Shown here: positions 56,713 to 64,000 of the stretch, piece by piece
Layout: every line of letters begins with the position of its first letter
How positions within the stretch are numbered: position 1 is the stretch's first letter
Notes under the pieces: model-generated
Told to the model about the DNA's origin: nothing
Databases searched by the model: none
The model's input: the letters and a program-made list of their open reading frames with translations, nothing else
Source: Clostridia bacterium
GTDB lineage: Bacteria; Bacillota; Clostridia; Christensenellales; CAG-138
Length of the DNA: 64,000 nt
Assembly: GCA_017429985.1 (NCBI GenBank)
Contig: JAFRNW010000004.1
Coordinates: 1,390 to 65,389 of the forward strand
Direction of reading: 5' to 3'
Made by a program: the position numbers and the translations under genes

Positions 56713-56747
56713 AAACTCTTGCTCTGAACGACAGGGCAAGAGTTTTT
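56713..56747. terminator. bidirectional terminator between tdk and the TSCPD gene
   Basis: AAACTCTTGC-13 nt-GCAAGAGTTT followed by TTTT. Confidence 0.8.
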
Positions 56748-56799
56748 CTTGTTTGTGCAGATGGAACCGGTATCCGGCAGCCTGCTCTGGGCTGGGTCT

Positions 56800-57048
56800 T
56801 CAGCCCTGCATGGCCTGCTCTACGGCGTTGGCGAGCTGGTCTGCGCAGGAAGTATTCTTCCGTCCGCAGAGATTGCCTTTCAGAATGCCGATCAACTTTT
56901 CCGCTTCCATTCCTTCGCAGAGCTTGGAGATGGCTTTGAGGTTTCCGTTGCAGCCGCCGACAAAGGCGATGTTCCGGACTGTTCCGTGATCCAGATCAAA
57001 GTCGATTTTCGAGGAACACACGTTGTGAGGATAGTACGTATAATGCAT
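56800..57048 (-). CDS. TSCPD-domain small protein (four-Cys family)
   Basis: 82 aa with FVGGCNGN and CGRKNTSCADQLA. Confidence 0.7.
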   Translation of the reverse strand: MHYTYYPHNVCSSKIDFDLDHGTVRNIAFVGGCNGNLKAISKLCEGMEAEKLIGILKGNLCGRKNTSCADQLANAVEQAMQG

Positions 57049-57055
57049 TTTCAGT

Positions 57056-58258
57056 TCAATATCCCTTTCTGTTATTTCTGCTGTGCATGATCAGCCGGTT
57101 TGCGGGCTTTTCATACAGGTATGTAATCAATGACGCGAAAAGCACGGCGCTTGCAAGAACGATCCAAGTATATCGGTGCTGCCACACGGTGTTGCCCGTC
57201 ATATTGGGAAGATCCGTGCCCTCCCAGTAGGGAAAACGGACGGTCTTCAGGTGAACGGCAAGCCATTGATGCCATATATACAGATTATACGATATCGCAG
57301 CGAAAAAGTGCATAACGGGATTCCCCAGCACTGTCCGGATGACGGTTCCGCCAAACGAAGCGGAGAGAAGCATCGCGGAGAATACAAGGGACAGGAGAAA
57401 GCGGTACTGCGCCTGGAACACCTGCACCGTTTCCGCGCGCGCGGCAGAATGCTGGATCTTTGTCAGAAGATACACGGCGAGCAGCAGAAGAAGGCAACTT
57501 CCCCAGCCGACCGCTTTGGGAACGGAGGAAGAGCGGATTTTCTCCGAACAGTAGACAAACAGGTAGGCGGACGCCATTCCGTTTGCGAATACGCCGAAGA
57601 AACCTGGAAGCTGGTTCAGGGTGAGCCGCATCAGCGGTTCGTGGGTGAGAACAAAGAACCGAAGATATACGCTTCCGAGAAGAACCATTCCGAGATAGGT
57701 CAGGACGGGCTTTTTCCGGAATGCGAAGGCAAGCAGCGGAAAGATCAGATAGAACTGCATCTCGATCGCGGCGGTCCATAGCACGCCGTTGATGCGGGTG
57801 CCGATATAGACAGAAGGGACCAGCGTCTGCGTAAATGTAAGCGTTGCGAGCAGATCACGCGCCGCTTCCGGAACACCGGAATATTGGTTTTTTAACACCG
57901 CGTAGATAAACAGGATCAGGACGGACAGATAGTAGGAGGGAACGATCCTTGCGATCCGCTTCTTGTAAAAGCCAGGAACAGAGGGAACCGGCGCACCGCT
58001 GACAGCCGCTCTCGCATGCGGAAGAAACAGACAGAATGCGGACAGAAGCAGCATCATGTCCACAAAAAGATACCCGGTACGGGGAATGAAATCCAGAGAA
58101 AGATAGATGCTTCTTCCGGAAGATTTGTATTTGATCAGCGGGGAAAGCCAGCTCTGCTGCCAGACATGGTACCAGACGACCGCGAGTACGGTCAGCGCAC
58201 GGATTCCATCTCGCGCAGGGATGCGTGATGAGGATTCGTTTGATCCCTGCACGCTCAT
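57056..58258 (-). CDS. acyltransferase family 3 membrane protein (O-acyltransferase)
   Basis: 400 aa, about 10 TM, with the N-terminal block RDGIRALTVLAVVWYH typical of acyltransferase_3. Confidence 0.85.
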   Translation of the reverse strand: MSVQGSNESSSRIPARDGIRALTVLAVVWYHVWQQSWLSPLIKYKSSGRSIYLSLDFIPRTGYLFVDMMLLLSAFCLFLPHARAAVSGAPVPSVPGFYKKRIARIVPSYYLSVLILFIYAVLKNQYSGVPEAARDLLATLTFTQTLVPSVYIGTRINGVLWTAAIEMQFYLIFPLLAFAFRKKPVLTYLGMVLLGSVYLRFFVLTHEPLMRLTLNQLPGFFGVFANGMASAYLFVYCSEKIRSSSVPKAVGWGSCLLLLLAVYLLTKIQHSAARAETVQVFQAQYRFLLSLVFSAMLLSASFGGTVIRTVLGNPVMHFFAAISYNLYIWHQWLAVHLKTVRFPYWEGTDLPNMTGNTVWQHRYTWIVLASAVLFASLITYLYEKPANRLIMHSRNNRKGY

Positions 58259-59613
58259 TTTTGATTGAAACCGTCCATGATGAACTGAACGATCTGTTCG
58301 AGATGCATGCCCCGCGACGCCTTGACCAGAACGGTGTCCCCGGGCCGGATCAGCGCCGGGAGCGCGTCGGTCAGGCTGCCGCTGTCCCGGTAGTAATAAC
58401 AGCGCTCAGGCATACTGGCTGACGCGGACGCGTACATGTGTTCGGAGTCCGTTCCGACGCAGAGGATGAGATCGGCGCCGCTTTCCGAAGCGTATGCTCC
58501 GACCTCGCGGTGAAATTCCTCGGATTTTTCTCCCAGTTCAAACATATCGCCCAGGATACAGACCTTCCGCCCCCTGGCGTACTGCAGAACGTCGATGGAA
58601 GATTTCATGGACGCAGGGTTTGCGTTGTATGAGTCATCCAGAACGGTGATCCCGTTGATCCGCTTGATCTCGAGCCTTCCCGCAAACGGCTTATACGAGG
58701 AAACGCCGGCGGAGATCTTTTCCGGATCCATTCCGAACAGGGAGCCGACGGCAATAGCGGCCAGCGCGTTGTAAACCATATGGCGTCCCGGGGCCGGCAC
58801 ATGGAACCGGACAGTGCGGCCGCTGAGCGAGATATCGAACTCGGATCCGTCCAGGCCGCAGTCCTGAACATTCTCTGCCCGGAACCTGTTTCCGCTGTTC
58901 ATGCCGTATGTAACGGCGTCCGGTACGGAACAAAGGAAATCGTCGTCCCCGTTTACCACGGCATGGCCGTCAGGCTGCATATATTCCAACATTTCCGTTT
59001 TGCCCCGGAAAATGTTTTCTCTGGAGCCGAAGAATTCAATGTGCGCAACGCCGATATTGGTAATGACGCAGATATCCGGACGGACGATACGCGCGAGAGA
59101 CCGGATCTCGCCGGGATGATTGGTGCCAAGTTCCAAAACAGCCAGCTCGTGATCCTTTTCGATCTGAAACACGGCCTGCGGGACTCCGGTCTGATTGTTG
59201 AGGTTCCCGGGCGTTCTGTAGGCGCGGAAATGCTGGGAGAGGACGGAATAAAGCATCTCCTTTGTGGAAGTCTTCCCCGCACTGCCGGTCACGCCGACGA
59301 CCGGGATGCGGTTAGCGCTCAGATAGGCCTCCGCAAGGCGCTGAAGTGCTTCCGTGGTATCGGAAACCAGAATATAGGGAGATCCCTCGACTTCACGGTC
59401 GGACAGAACGCAGAGCGCGCCGGAGTCTGCGGCTGCAGGAATAAAGGCGTGTCCGTCAAAGACGCGTCCGACGACAGGAATAAAAAGCGTTCCCGGGCAA
59501 ACAGACCTGCTGTCGATCGTGACGTTGTCAACCATGCAGGAAAGCAGTTCGCGGGGTCCGCAGTATTTGCCGCTTACGGCATTTGCGGCGAAAGAGAGGG
59601 AAAAGGGAATCAT
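58255..59613 (-). CDS. murF: UDP-N-acetylmuramoyl-tripeptide--D-alanyl-D-alanine ligase
   Basis: GVTGSAGKTSTKE P-loop and Mur-ligase layout. ATGA overlaps on both sides. Confidence 0.9.
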   Translation of the reverse strand: MIPFSLSFAANAVSGKYCGPRELLSCMVDNVTIDSRSVCPGTLFIPVVGRVFDGHAFIPAAADSGALCVLSDREVEGSPYILVSDTTEALQRLAEAYLSANRIPVVGVTGSAGKTSTKEMLYSVLSQHFRAYRTPGNLNNQTGVPQAVFQIEKDHELAVLELGTNHPGEIRSLARIVRPDICVITNIGVAHIEFFGSRENIFRGKTEMLEYMQPDGHAVVNGDDDFLCSVPDAVTYGMNSGNRFRAENVQDCGLDGSEFDISLSGRTVRFHVPAPGRHMVYNALAAIAVGSLFGMDPEKISAGVSSYKPFAGRLEIKRINGITVLDDSYNANPASMKSSIDVLQYARGRKVCILGDMFELGEKSEEFHREVGAYASESGADLILCVGTDSEHMYASASASMPERCYYYRDSGSLTDALPALIRPGDTVLVKASRGMHLEQIVQFIMDGFNQK

Positions 59614-60641
59614 TGGTATTTCCTTAATGACAGGTTGATGATTTCTTCACAGAGAGAGGGATAATCGATGCCGATCTCCGCAGCACCCTGGGGAAGAAGG
59701 CTGGTTGGCGTCATGCCGGGAAGCGTATTGGCTTCGAGACAATACAGCTCGCCGCTCTGCGTCAGAAGGAAATCAACACGGGCATATACATCAAGATGAA
59801 GCGTATGATACACGAGTTTTGTAAGGCGCTGGATCTCGTCGGTCAGTTCATTGGAAATCCTTGCCGGCGTGATCTCATCTGTCCAGCCGGGCTGATACTT
59901 GTGCGCATAATCATAGAAACCGTCATGCGGGATGATTTCCGTAGGCGGGAGAGGACGTTCGCCGAGGATCCCGCAGGTCAGTTCTCTTCCGCTGACATAT
60001 TCTTCGACAAGCACCGCATCTTCCAGAAGGAAGGCGTCTCTTAAGGATGTCTGGAACTCCGTCTCGTTCTGCGGGATCGAGATTCCGAGCGAAGAGCCTC
60101 CGCAGCACGGTTTCACGACGCACGGGAACGTACGGCGCGGAACGGGCTCTCCCCTCCGGAGCAGGAAACCCTGCGGCGTTTTCACGCCTGCAGCAAGCAG
60201 GAGCTGCTTTGTGACCCACTTGTCCATGGCTACGGCGCATCCAAACGAGGGGCTTCCGGTATACCGGATGTCATTCAGGTCAAGGAACGCCTGGAGGCGG
60301 CCGTTCTCGCCATCTCCTCCGTGAAGGGCAAGATAGGTAATATCCGCTGCTTTGCATATCTCCACGATGCCGTTTCCGATCGTGGAGGAAAGACCGGAGA
60401 CCCGGCTTCTGCGGACTTCCGAAAGATCCGGAGCGTGTTTGGGAACGGAATAGGGAGCGGGACGGCCTTCCGACAGAAACAGGGACGCAGGATCGGCAGG
60501 CACCGGATCAAGACCCATAAAAAGATCGGCAAGAATCACCTGATGACCGCGGTCAATCAAAGCATTGGCTGCCATGACGCCGGAAGACAGGGACACATCC
60601 CTTTCAGGAGAAAGCCCGCCGGCCAGAACAACGATTTTCAT
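59610..60641 (-). CDS. ddl: D-alanine--D-alanine ligase
   Basis: MKIVVLAGGLSPERDVS, an ATP-grasp core, and C-terminal EANTLPGMT. Confidence 0.92.
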   Translation of the reverse strand: MKIVVLAGGLSPERDVSLSSGVMAANALIDRGHQVILADLFMGLDPVPADPASLFLSEGRPAPYSVPKHAPDLSEVRRSRVSGLSSTIGNGIVEICKAADITYLALHGGDGENGRLQAFLDLNDIRYTGSPSFGCAVAMDKWVTKQLLLAAGVKTPQGFLLRRGEPVPRRTFPCVVKPCCGGSSLGISIPQNETEFQTSLRDAFLLEDAVLVEEYVSGRELTCGILGERPLPPTEIIPHDGFYDYAHKYQPGWTDEITPARISNELTDEIQRLTKLVYHTLHLDVYARVDFLLTQSGELYCLEANTLPGMTPTSLLPQGAAEIGIDYPSLCEEIINLSLRKYQ

Positions 60642-60812
60642 AACACAACTTTCATGCCGTACGGGAACGTACAGATGAATCCTTTCGTTTCTTGCGGTAT
60701 CGTCGCCGTGCGGAAAAAGAACCGGGAAGCGGTGGATACCCTATCCATTTATAACACGAAACGGCCGTAAAAACAACGATTCCGGGGCAGCGCAGGAATC
60801 TGCCGAATAGTT

Positions 60813-60841
60813 TTGTGAAATAACGCTTTATGTCGTATAAT
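60813..60841 (+). promoter_or_regulatory. sigma-A promoter abutting the M3 peptidase start codon
   Basis: TTGTGA-N17-TATAAT. The -10 box ends 7 nt before ATG 60849. Confidence 0.55.
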
Positions 60842-60848
60842 AGATGGC

Positions 60849-62684
60849 ATGAAAAAGAGATTGATAAAAATCGTTGCGATTCTGCTCGTTGCACTTTGCG
60901 CGATGCAGACTGCGGGATGCATGTGCGTGCCTGTTGCGGCTCTGTCTGCCATAGCTGCCGCTGAGGCGGTTGCGCACAAAGATGACCTGGACGCTGTCCT
61001 GATCACCGAATCCGGGAATGACGTTGTTCTCCCGATGCCAAGCGGAAATGTTCCGGAAACAGAAGAAGAGGAGGTTTTGTTCTCTGACATCAAGTATGAG
61101 AAACCGGACACAGCAAAGATTTCCGATGCGATCAGGCAGCTGGACGCGGTGATCGATGCGGGCGAAAGCGCTCCGGATTCCGTTCTGGACCAGTATGACG
61201 CGGTTCTTGAAATGTACAATCACCTCGATTCCGAGGAGTCGCTGGCCTACGTCCTCTACGCGATGGACGTAACGGAAGACTATTATTCGGATGAGTATGA
61301 TTTTCTGGTGGAAGAACTGAACAGGATCGATCTTGAGCTGACGGACGTTTCCATCAAGCTGTTTGAGAGCGACAAATATGCAGAGCCGATGCTGGACCGG
61401 TACGGCCCCGTGTTCAAGGAGAATGTGTACCTGGGAGAGAAACTGAACAGTCCCGAGATCCAGGAGGATCTTTCTGCCGAGCAGAAACTCGTTTCGGAAT
61501 ATGATACGCTGCTGACGACGTTTGCTGCGGAAGACGGCGGAAAGACGTACACAATGGACGATATCATCGGAATCGCGTCCACGGATTATAAAGAATACGT
61601 CCGCCTGTTTACGCAGTATTACAGCCAGCTGAACCAGAAGGCAGGCGCGATCTATCTGAAACTTCTGAAGATCAGAAACACGATCGCAAAGAAACTCCAT
61701 TATGATACGTTCGCGGATTACCGGTATGAAGGATACGGAAGGGACTATACCAGAGAAGACATTCAGGAACTGCAGAAGGCGGTTAAGGAACATCTGGTCC
61801 CGCTGTATAAGTCCGCCGTTATCAGACAGTATCTGACTTCCCCCGATACGGAAAAGGGCCTTGACAACATCCCTCTGTCCACGTTCATGAACCGGTTCGA
61901 AGGCGTGCTGGGAGACTTCTCGGAAAAGATCCAGAGCAGTTTCCGATACATGCTGCGGAACGGGCTGATTACCACGGACGTCAGCGAGAAGAAGATGGAG
62001 ACCAGCTTTACCACATTCCTTTCGGATTATCATTCTCCTTTTATCTTCACGCAGTATGAGGGAAAGATCCGGAGCGCAAAGACGATCATCCATGAATCCG
62101 GTCATTACGCGAACTTCTACTATATGCAGAACTATGGCTGGAATATCAGCGATCCGCTGGATATCGCCGAAATCGATTCCCAGGCGCTCGAGTTGCTGAT
62201 GACGCACTATTATGACCGCCTTTTCGGGAACATGGCGGCCACCGAACGGACGGACCAACTGATCGACGGACTGTATGCGATCCTTTCCGGCTGCATGGAG
62301 GATGAGTTCCAGCAGCGGGTATACGAAAATCCGGACATGACGCTGGAAGAAATGAACAGAATGTATTACGAGCTGGCAGACGAGTACGGTTTTGCCGAGC
62401 TCTATGGGTATACGGGGACGGAATGGGCGGCCATCCCGCATTCGTTCCAGTCACCGATGTATTATATCAGCTATGCGGTCAGCATGATCGCGGCAATGGA
62501 GATCTGGGAACTGTCGGAGAAGGACTTTGACGCGGCGAGAGACGTATACCTGACGATCCTCTGCCGCCCCGCGAACAGCAAGTTCCGGACATTGACGACA
62601 GAAAACGGTCTGAAGGACCCTGTTTCTCCCGCAACAGTAAAATCGCTGGCGAAATCCGTCTCCAAGGCTCTGAACGGAGACTGA
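60849..62684 (+). CDS. M3-family oligoendopeptidase, lipoprotein
   Basis: Lipobox-like TAGC after the signal peptide and zinc motif HESGH. 611 aa. Confidence 0.85.
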   Translation: MKKRLIKIVAILLVALCAMQTAGCMCVPVAALSAIAAAEAVAHKDDLDAVLITESGNDVVLPMPSGNVPETEEEEVLFSDIKYEKPDTAKISDAIRQLDAVIDAGESAPDSVLDQYDAVLEMYNHLDSEESLAYVLYAMDVTEDYYSDEYDFLVEELNRIDLELTDVSIKLFESDKYAEPMLDRYGPVFKENVYLGEKLNSPEIQEDLSAEQKLVSEYDTLLTTFAAEDGGKTYTMDDIIGIASTDYKEYVRLFTQYYSQLNQKAGAIYLKLLKIRNTIAKKLHYDTFADYRYEGYGRDYTREDIQELQKAVKEHLVPLYKSAVIRQYLTSPDTEKGLDNIPLSTFMNRFEGVLGDFSEKIQSSFRYMLRNGLITTDVSEKKMETSFTTFLSDYHSPFIFTQYEGKIRSAKTIIHESGHYANFYYMQNYGWNISDPLDIAEIDSQALELLMTHYYDRLFGNMAATERTDQLIDGLYAILSGCMEDEFQQRVYENPDMTLEEMNRMYYELADEYGFAELYGYTGTEWAAIPHSFQSPMYYISYAVSMIAAMEIWELSEKDFDAARDVYLTILCRPANSKFRTLTTENGLKDPVSPATVKSLAKSVSKALNGD

Positions 62685-63337
62685 TGAAAAGGTACGACGA
62701 TCTGCAGTTTAACGGATTGATCCTCGTTCAGGACACGGACTATCCCTGTTTTACCGAGGACTCCGTGCTGCTGGTCAATTTTCTGCAACTGAAAAAGAAC
62801 GACAGGGTCGTTGATCTCGGAAGCGGAACGGGAATCCTTTCCGTACTCGGGCAGGCAAAGACAGGCGCTTCCTTTACCGGGATAGAAAAGCACGAAGCGC
62901 TTTGCGGCCTTGCGAGGGAGTCCGCGTCCATCAACGGCCAGGATATTCCGTTCTACGCGATGGATATCGCGGACGCACCGGCGTTTTTCGGCGAGGGCGC
63001 GTTTTCCGCGGCGGTCTGCAATCCCCCCTATTTCTCATCCGGCGACAGAAGCGAGCGGATTTTCCGCGCGGACGCGAGACACGCCGGAGAGGTTCCGGAG
63101 GTTTTTCTGAAGGCGGCGAACAGACTGGTCAGGAACGGGGGAGATTTGTACCTGTGCTATCCCGCGGAACGGCTGTGCGATATTATCGTACTATTGCGGA
63201 ACGTACACTTTGAGCCGAAACTCATCCGGTTTGTTCCGGGCAGGGAAGCGGTCCCGAGACTCGTTCTGATACGGGCGAGAAAGAATGCGGGACCCGGGCT
63301 CAGATACGTTCCTTTTTCATTTGATCAGCAATCTTGA
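62684..63337 (+). CDS. SAM-dependent methyltransferase, tRNA (adenine-N6)/TrmN6-like
   Basis: Motif I VVDLGSGTGILS and motif IV NPPYF. Start codon shares 1 nt with the upstream stop codon (TGATG). Confidence 0.8.
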   Translation: MKRYDDLQFNGLILVQDTDYPCFTEDSVLLVNFLQLKKNDRVVDLGSGTGILSVLGQAKTGASFTGIEKHEALCGLARESASINGQDIPFYAMDIADAPAFFGEGAFSAAVCNPPYFSSGDRSERIFRADARHAGEVPEVFLKAANRLVRNGGDLYLCYPAERLCDIIVLLRNVHFEPKLIRFVPGREAVPRLVLIRARKNAGPGLRYVPFSFDQQS

Positions 63338-63350
63338 AATCGGAAACGGA

Positions 63351-64000
63351 ATGAAACATCGGAAACACATCATAATCTATGGCGTCCTGCTTCTGCTTCT
63401 GCTCGTCCCGGCGTTTTCCGCGCTGGGAGAGGAGGAGATCGGCATCCGCGTCAGCAATACCCCAATCGGCTCAGACGGCCGCGCAGCTGTCACGGTCTCC
63501 CTGACGGACTGCGGCGGAATGGATTCCGTTCAGTTTGACATCTGGTACGACGCGAGCGCGGTCATGCTTGTCGATGCGATGCCGGGAGAGCTGCTTTCCG
63601 GGGGAACCTATGCGTTCAACACCGACACGCCCGGAACGATACGGTTTGCGTACGCGTCCGCGGAAGGCCTGAAAGAAGGGACCGGAACGGCAGTCATTCT
63701 CACGTTCGCCACGTTGCAGGACACAGGGACGGCTGTTCTTGTTACCGAGGCAAAGGCGTCCCGCTATGACGGAGAAAACGGCGCCGGACAGTACAGAGCG
63801 TTTGTGACGGTGGAAAACGGGGGGATCACCTCCGCAGGTTCCGGACTGGTCCCGGATGCCGGGATCACGCCCTGGATCCCGGAGACGCCTACCCCGTCGC
63901 CGAAACCGACGCCGGCTCCTACAGAAACGCCGGCGGAACAAACCCCGCAGGTGACGCAGGAAGAGATCCCGGAGAAGACCAGCAGCCCGATCATGCGGCT
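63351..64000 (+). CDS. secreted cohesin-domain protein with Pro/Thr linker (5' partial; runs off the window)
   Basis: Not in the ORF track because there is no stop codon. The ATG at 63351 opens MKHRKHIIIYGVLLLLLLVPAFSALG (signal peptide). A ~140-aa cohesin-like beta-sandwich follows (VTVSLTDCGGMDSVQFDIWYDASAV...GTIRFAYAS...AVILTFATL), then the linker TPTPSPKPTPAPTETP. Confidence 0.7.
   Translation, partial: MKHRKHIIIYGVLLLLLLVPAFSALGEEEIGIRVSNTPIGSDGRAAVTVSLTDCGGMDSVQFDIWYDASAVMLVDAMPGELLSGGTYAFNTDTPGTIRFAYASAEGLKEGTGTAVILTFATLQDTGTAVLVTEAKASRYDGENGAGQYRAFVTVENGGITSAGSGLVPDAGITPWIPETPTPSPKPTPAPTETPAEQTPQVTQEEIPEKTSSPIMR

Noticed and set aside
59610-60641. Van-type D-Ala-D-Lac/D-Ser ligase
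   Set aside because: The context is murF, with no vanH/vanX/vanRS, and the sequence reads like a housekeeping Ddl. Specificity residues cannot be judged reliably by eye.
1-64000. CRISPR arrays, tRNA/rRNA genes, transposases, integrases, phage or conjugation genes, toxin-antitoxin pairs, reverse transcriptases
   Set aside because: I found no repeat-spacer periodicity, no cloverleaf-sized conserved segments in the short intergenic regions, and no ORF with the corresponding motifs. A computational scan (tRNAscan-SE, Infernal, ISEScan) would be needed to be certain.

Overview
This 64-kb window looks like ordinary chromosome from a moderately high-GC Gram-positive anaerobe. I infer Clostridia, probably Oscillospiraceae or Ruminococcaceae-like, from GGAGG ribosome-binding sites (RBS), lipoprotein lipoboxes, a cohesin-domain protein and fhs/folD/larBCE content. 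I call about 60 protein-coding genes. I saw no rRNA, tRNA, CRISPR array, transposase, integrase or phage gene.

Gene content in order:
- Opp/Dpp-type ABC importer with an oversized binding protein (0.8-8.2 kb)
- fused feoA-feoB, divergent from a cation diffusion facilitator (CDF) exporter
- beta-hydroxyacid dehydrogenase
- four-gene operon of small Cys, zinc-ribbon and single-pass membrane proteins (13.6-15.8 kb)
- lipid-related cluster: DUF2974 lipase-like, PAP2/SMS-like, LPLAT-like acyltransferase, membrane protein
- corA
- RsbW-like kinase plus a STAS-kinase fusion (21.1-23.1 kb)
- two tandem paralogous small membrane proteins, then larB-larC-larE with no larA in the window
- membrane-anchored thermonuclease
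- ATP-grasp plus two PF00756-type esterases, downstream of a heterodimeric ABC exporter pair (27.9-34.5 kb)
- glutaredoxin-like protein, TldE/TldD, an Fe-S aldo/keto reductase, MATE, GtrA, U32 peptidase and an orphan FRG-domain protein
- a second, minimal RsbW-like/STAS pair (44.0-44.7 kb) and YbaK
- C1/folate island: fhs, cyclohydrolase, folD, folT, and folC fused to 5-formyl-THF cyclo-ligase
- BMP-type nucleoside ABC importer plus tdk
- ddl-murF-acyltransferase-TSCPD operon
- M3 oligoendopeptidase, an N6-adenine-type methyltransferase, and a truncated cohesin-domain protein at the right edge that the ORF track misses

No region has the hallmarks of a defence island or mobile element. These are my best candidates for under-described biology, all hypotheses from sequence reading only:
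1. The two sigma-less partner-switching modules, one with a STAS domain fused to an intact APH/ePK-like kinase.
2. The translationally coupled zinc-ribbon/transmembrane operon.
3. The ATP-grasp plus twin-esterase operon.
4. The long-leader tandem membrane paralogs that end in a terminator abutting larB.
5. A 414-nt structured spacer upstream of tldD.

Most long ORFs in the track that lie antisense to these genes are high-GC shadow ORFs.
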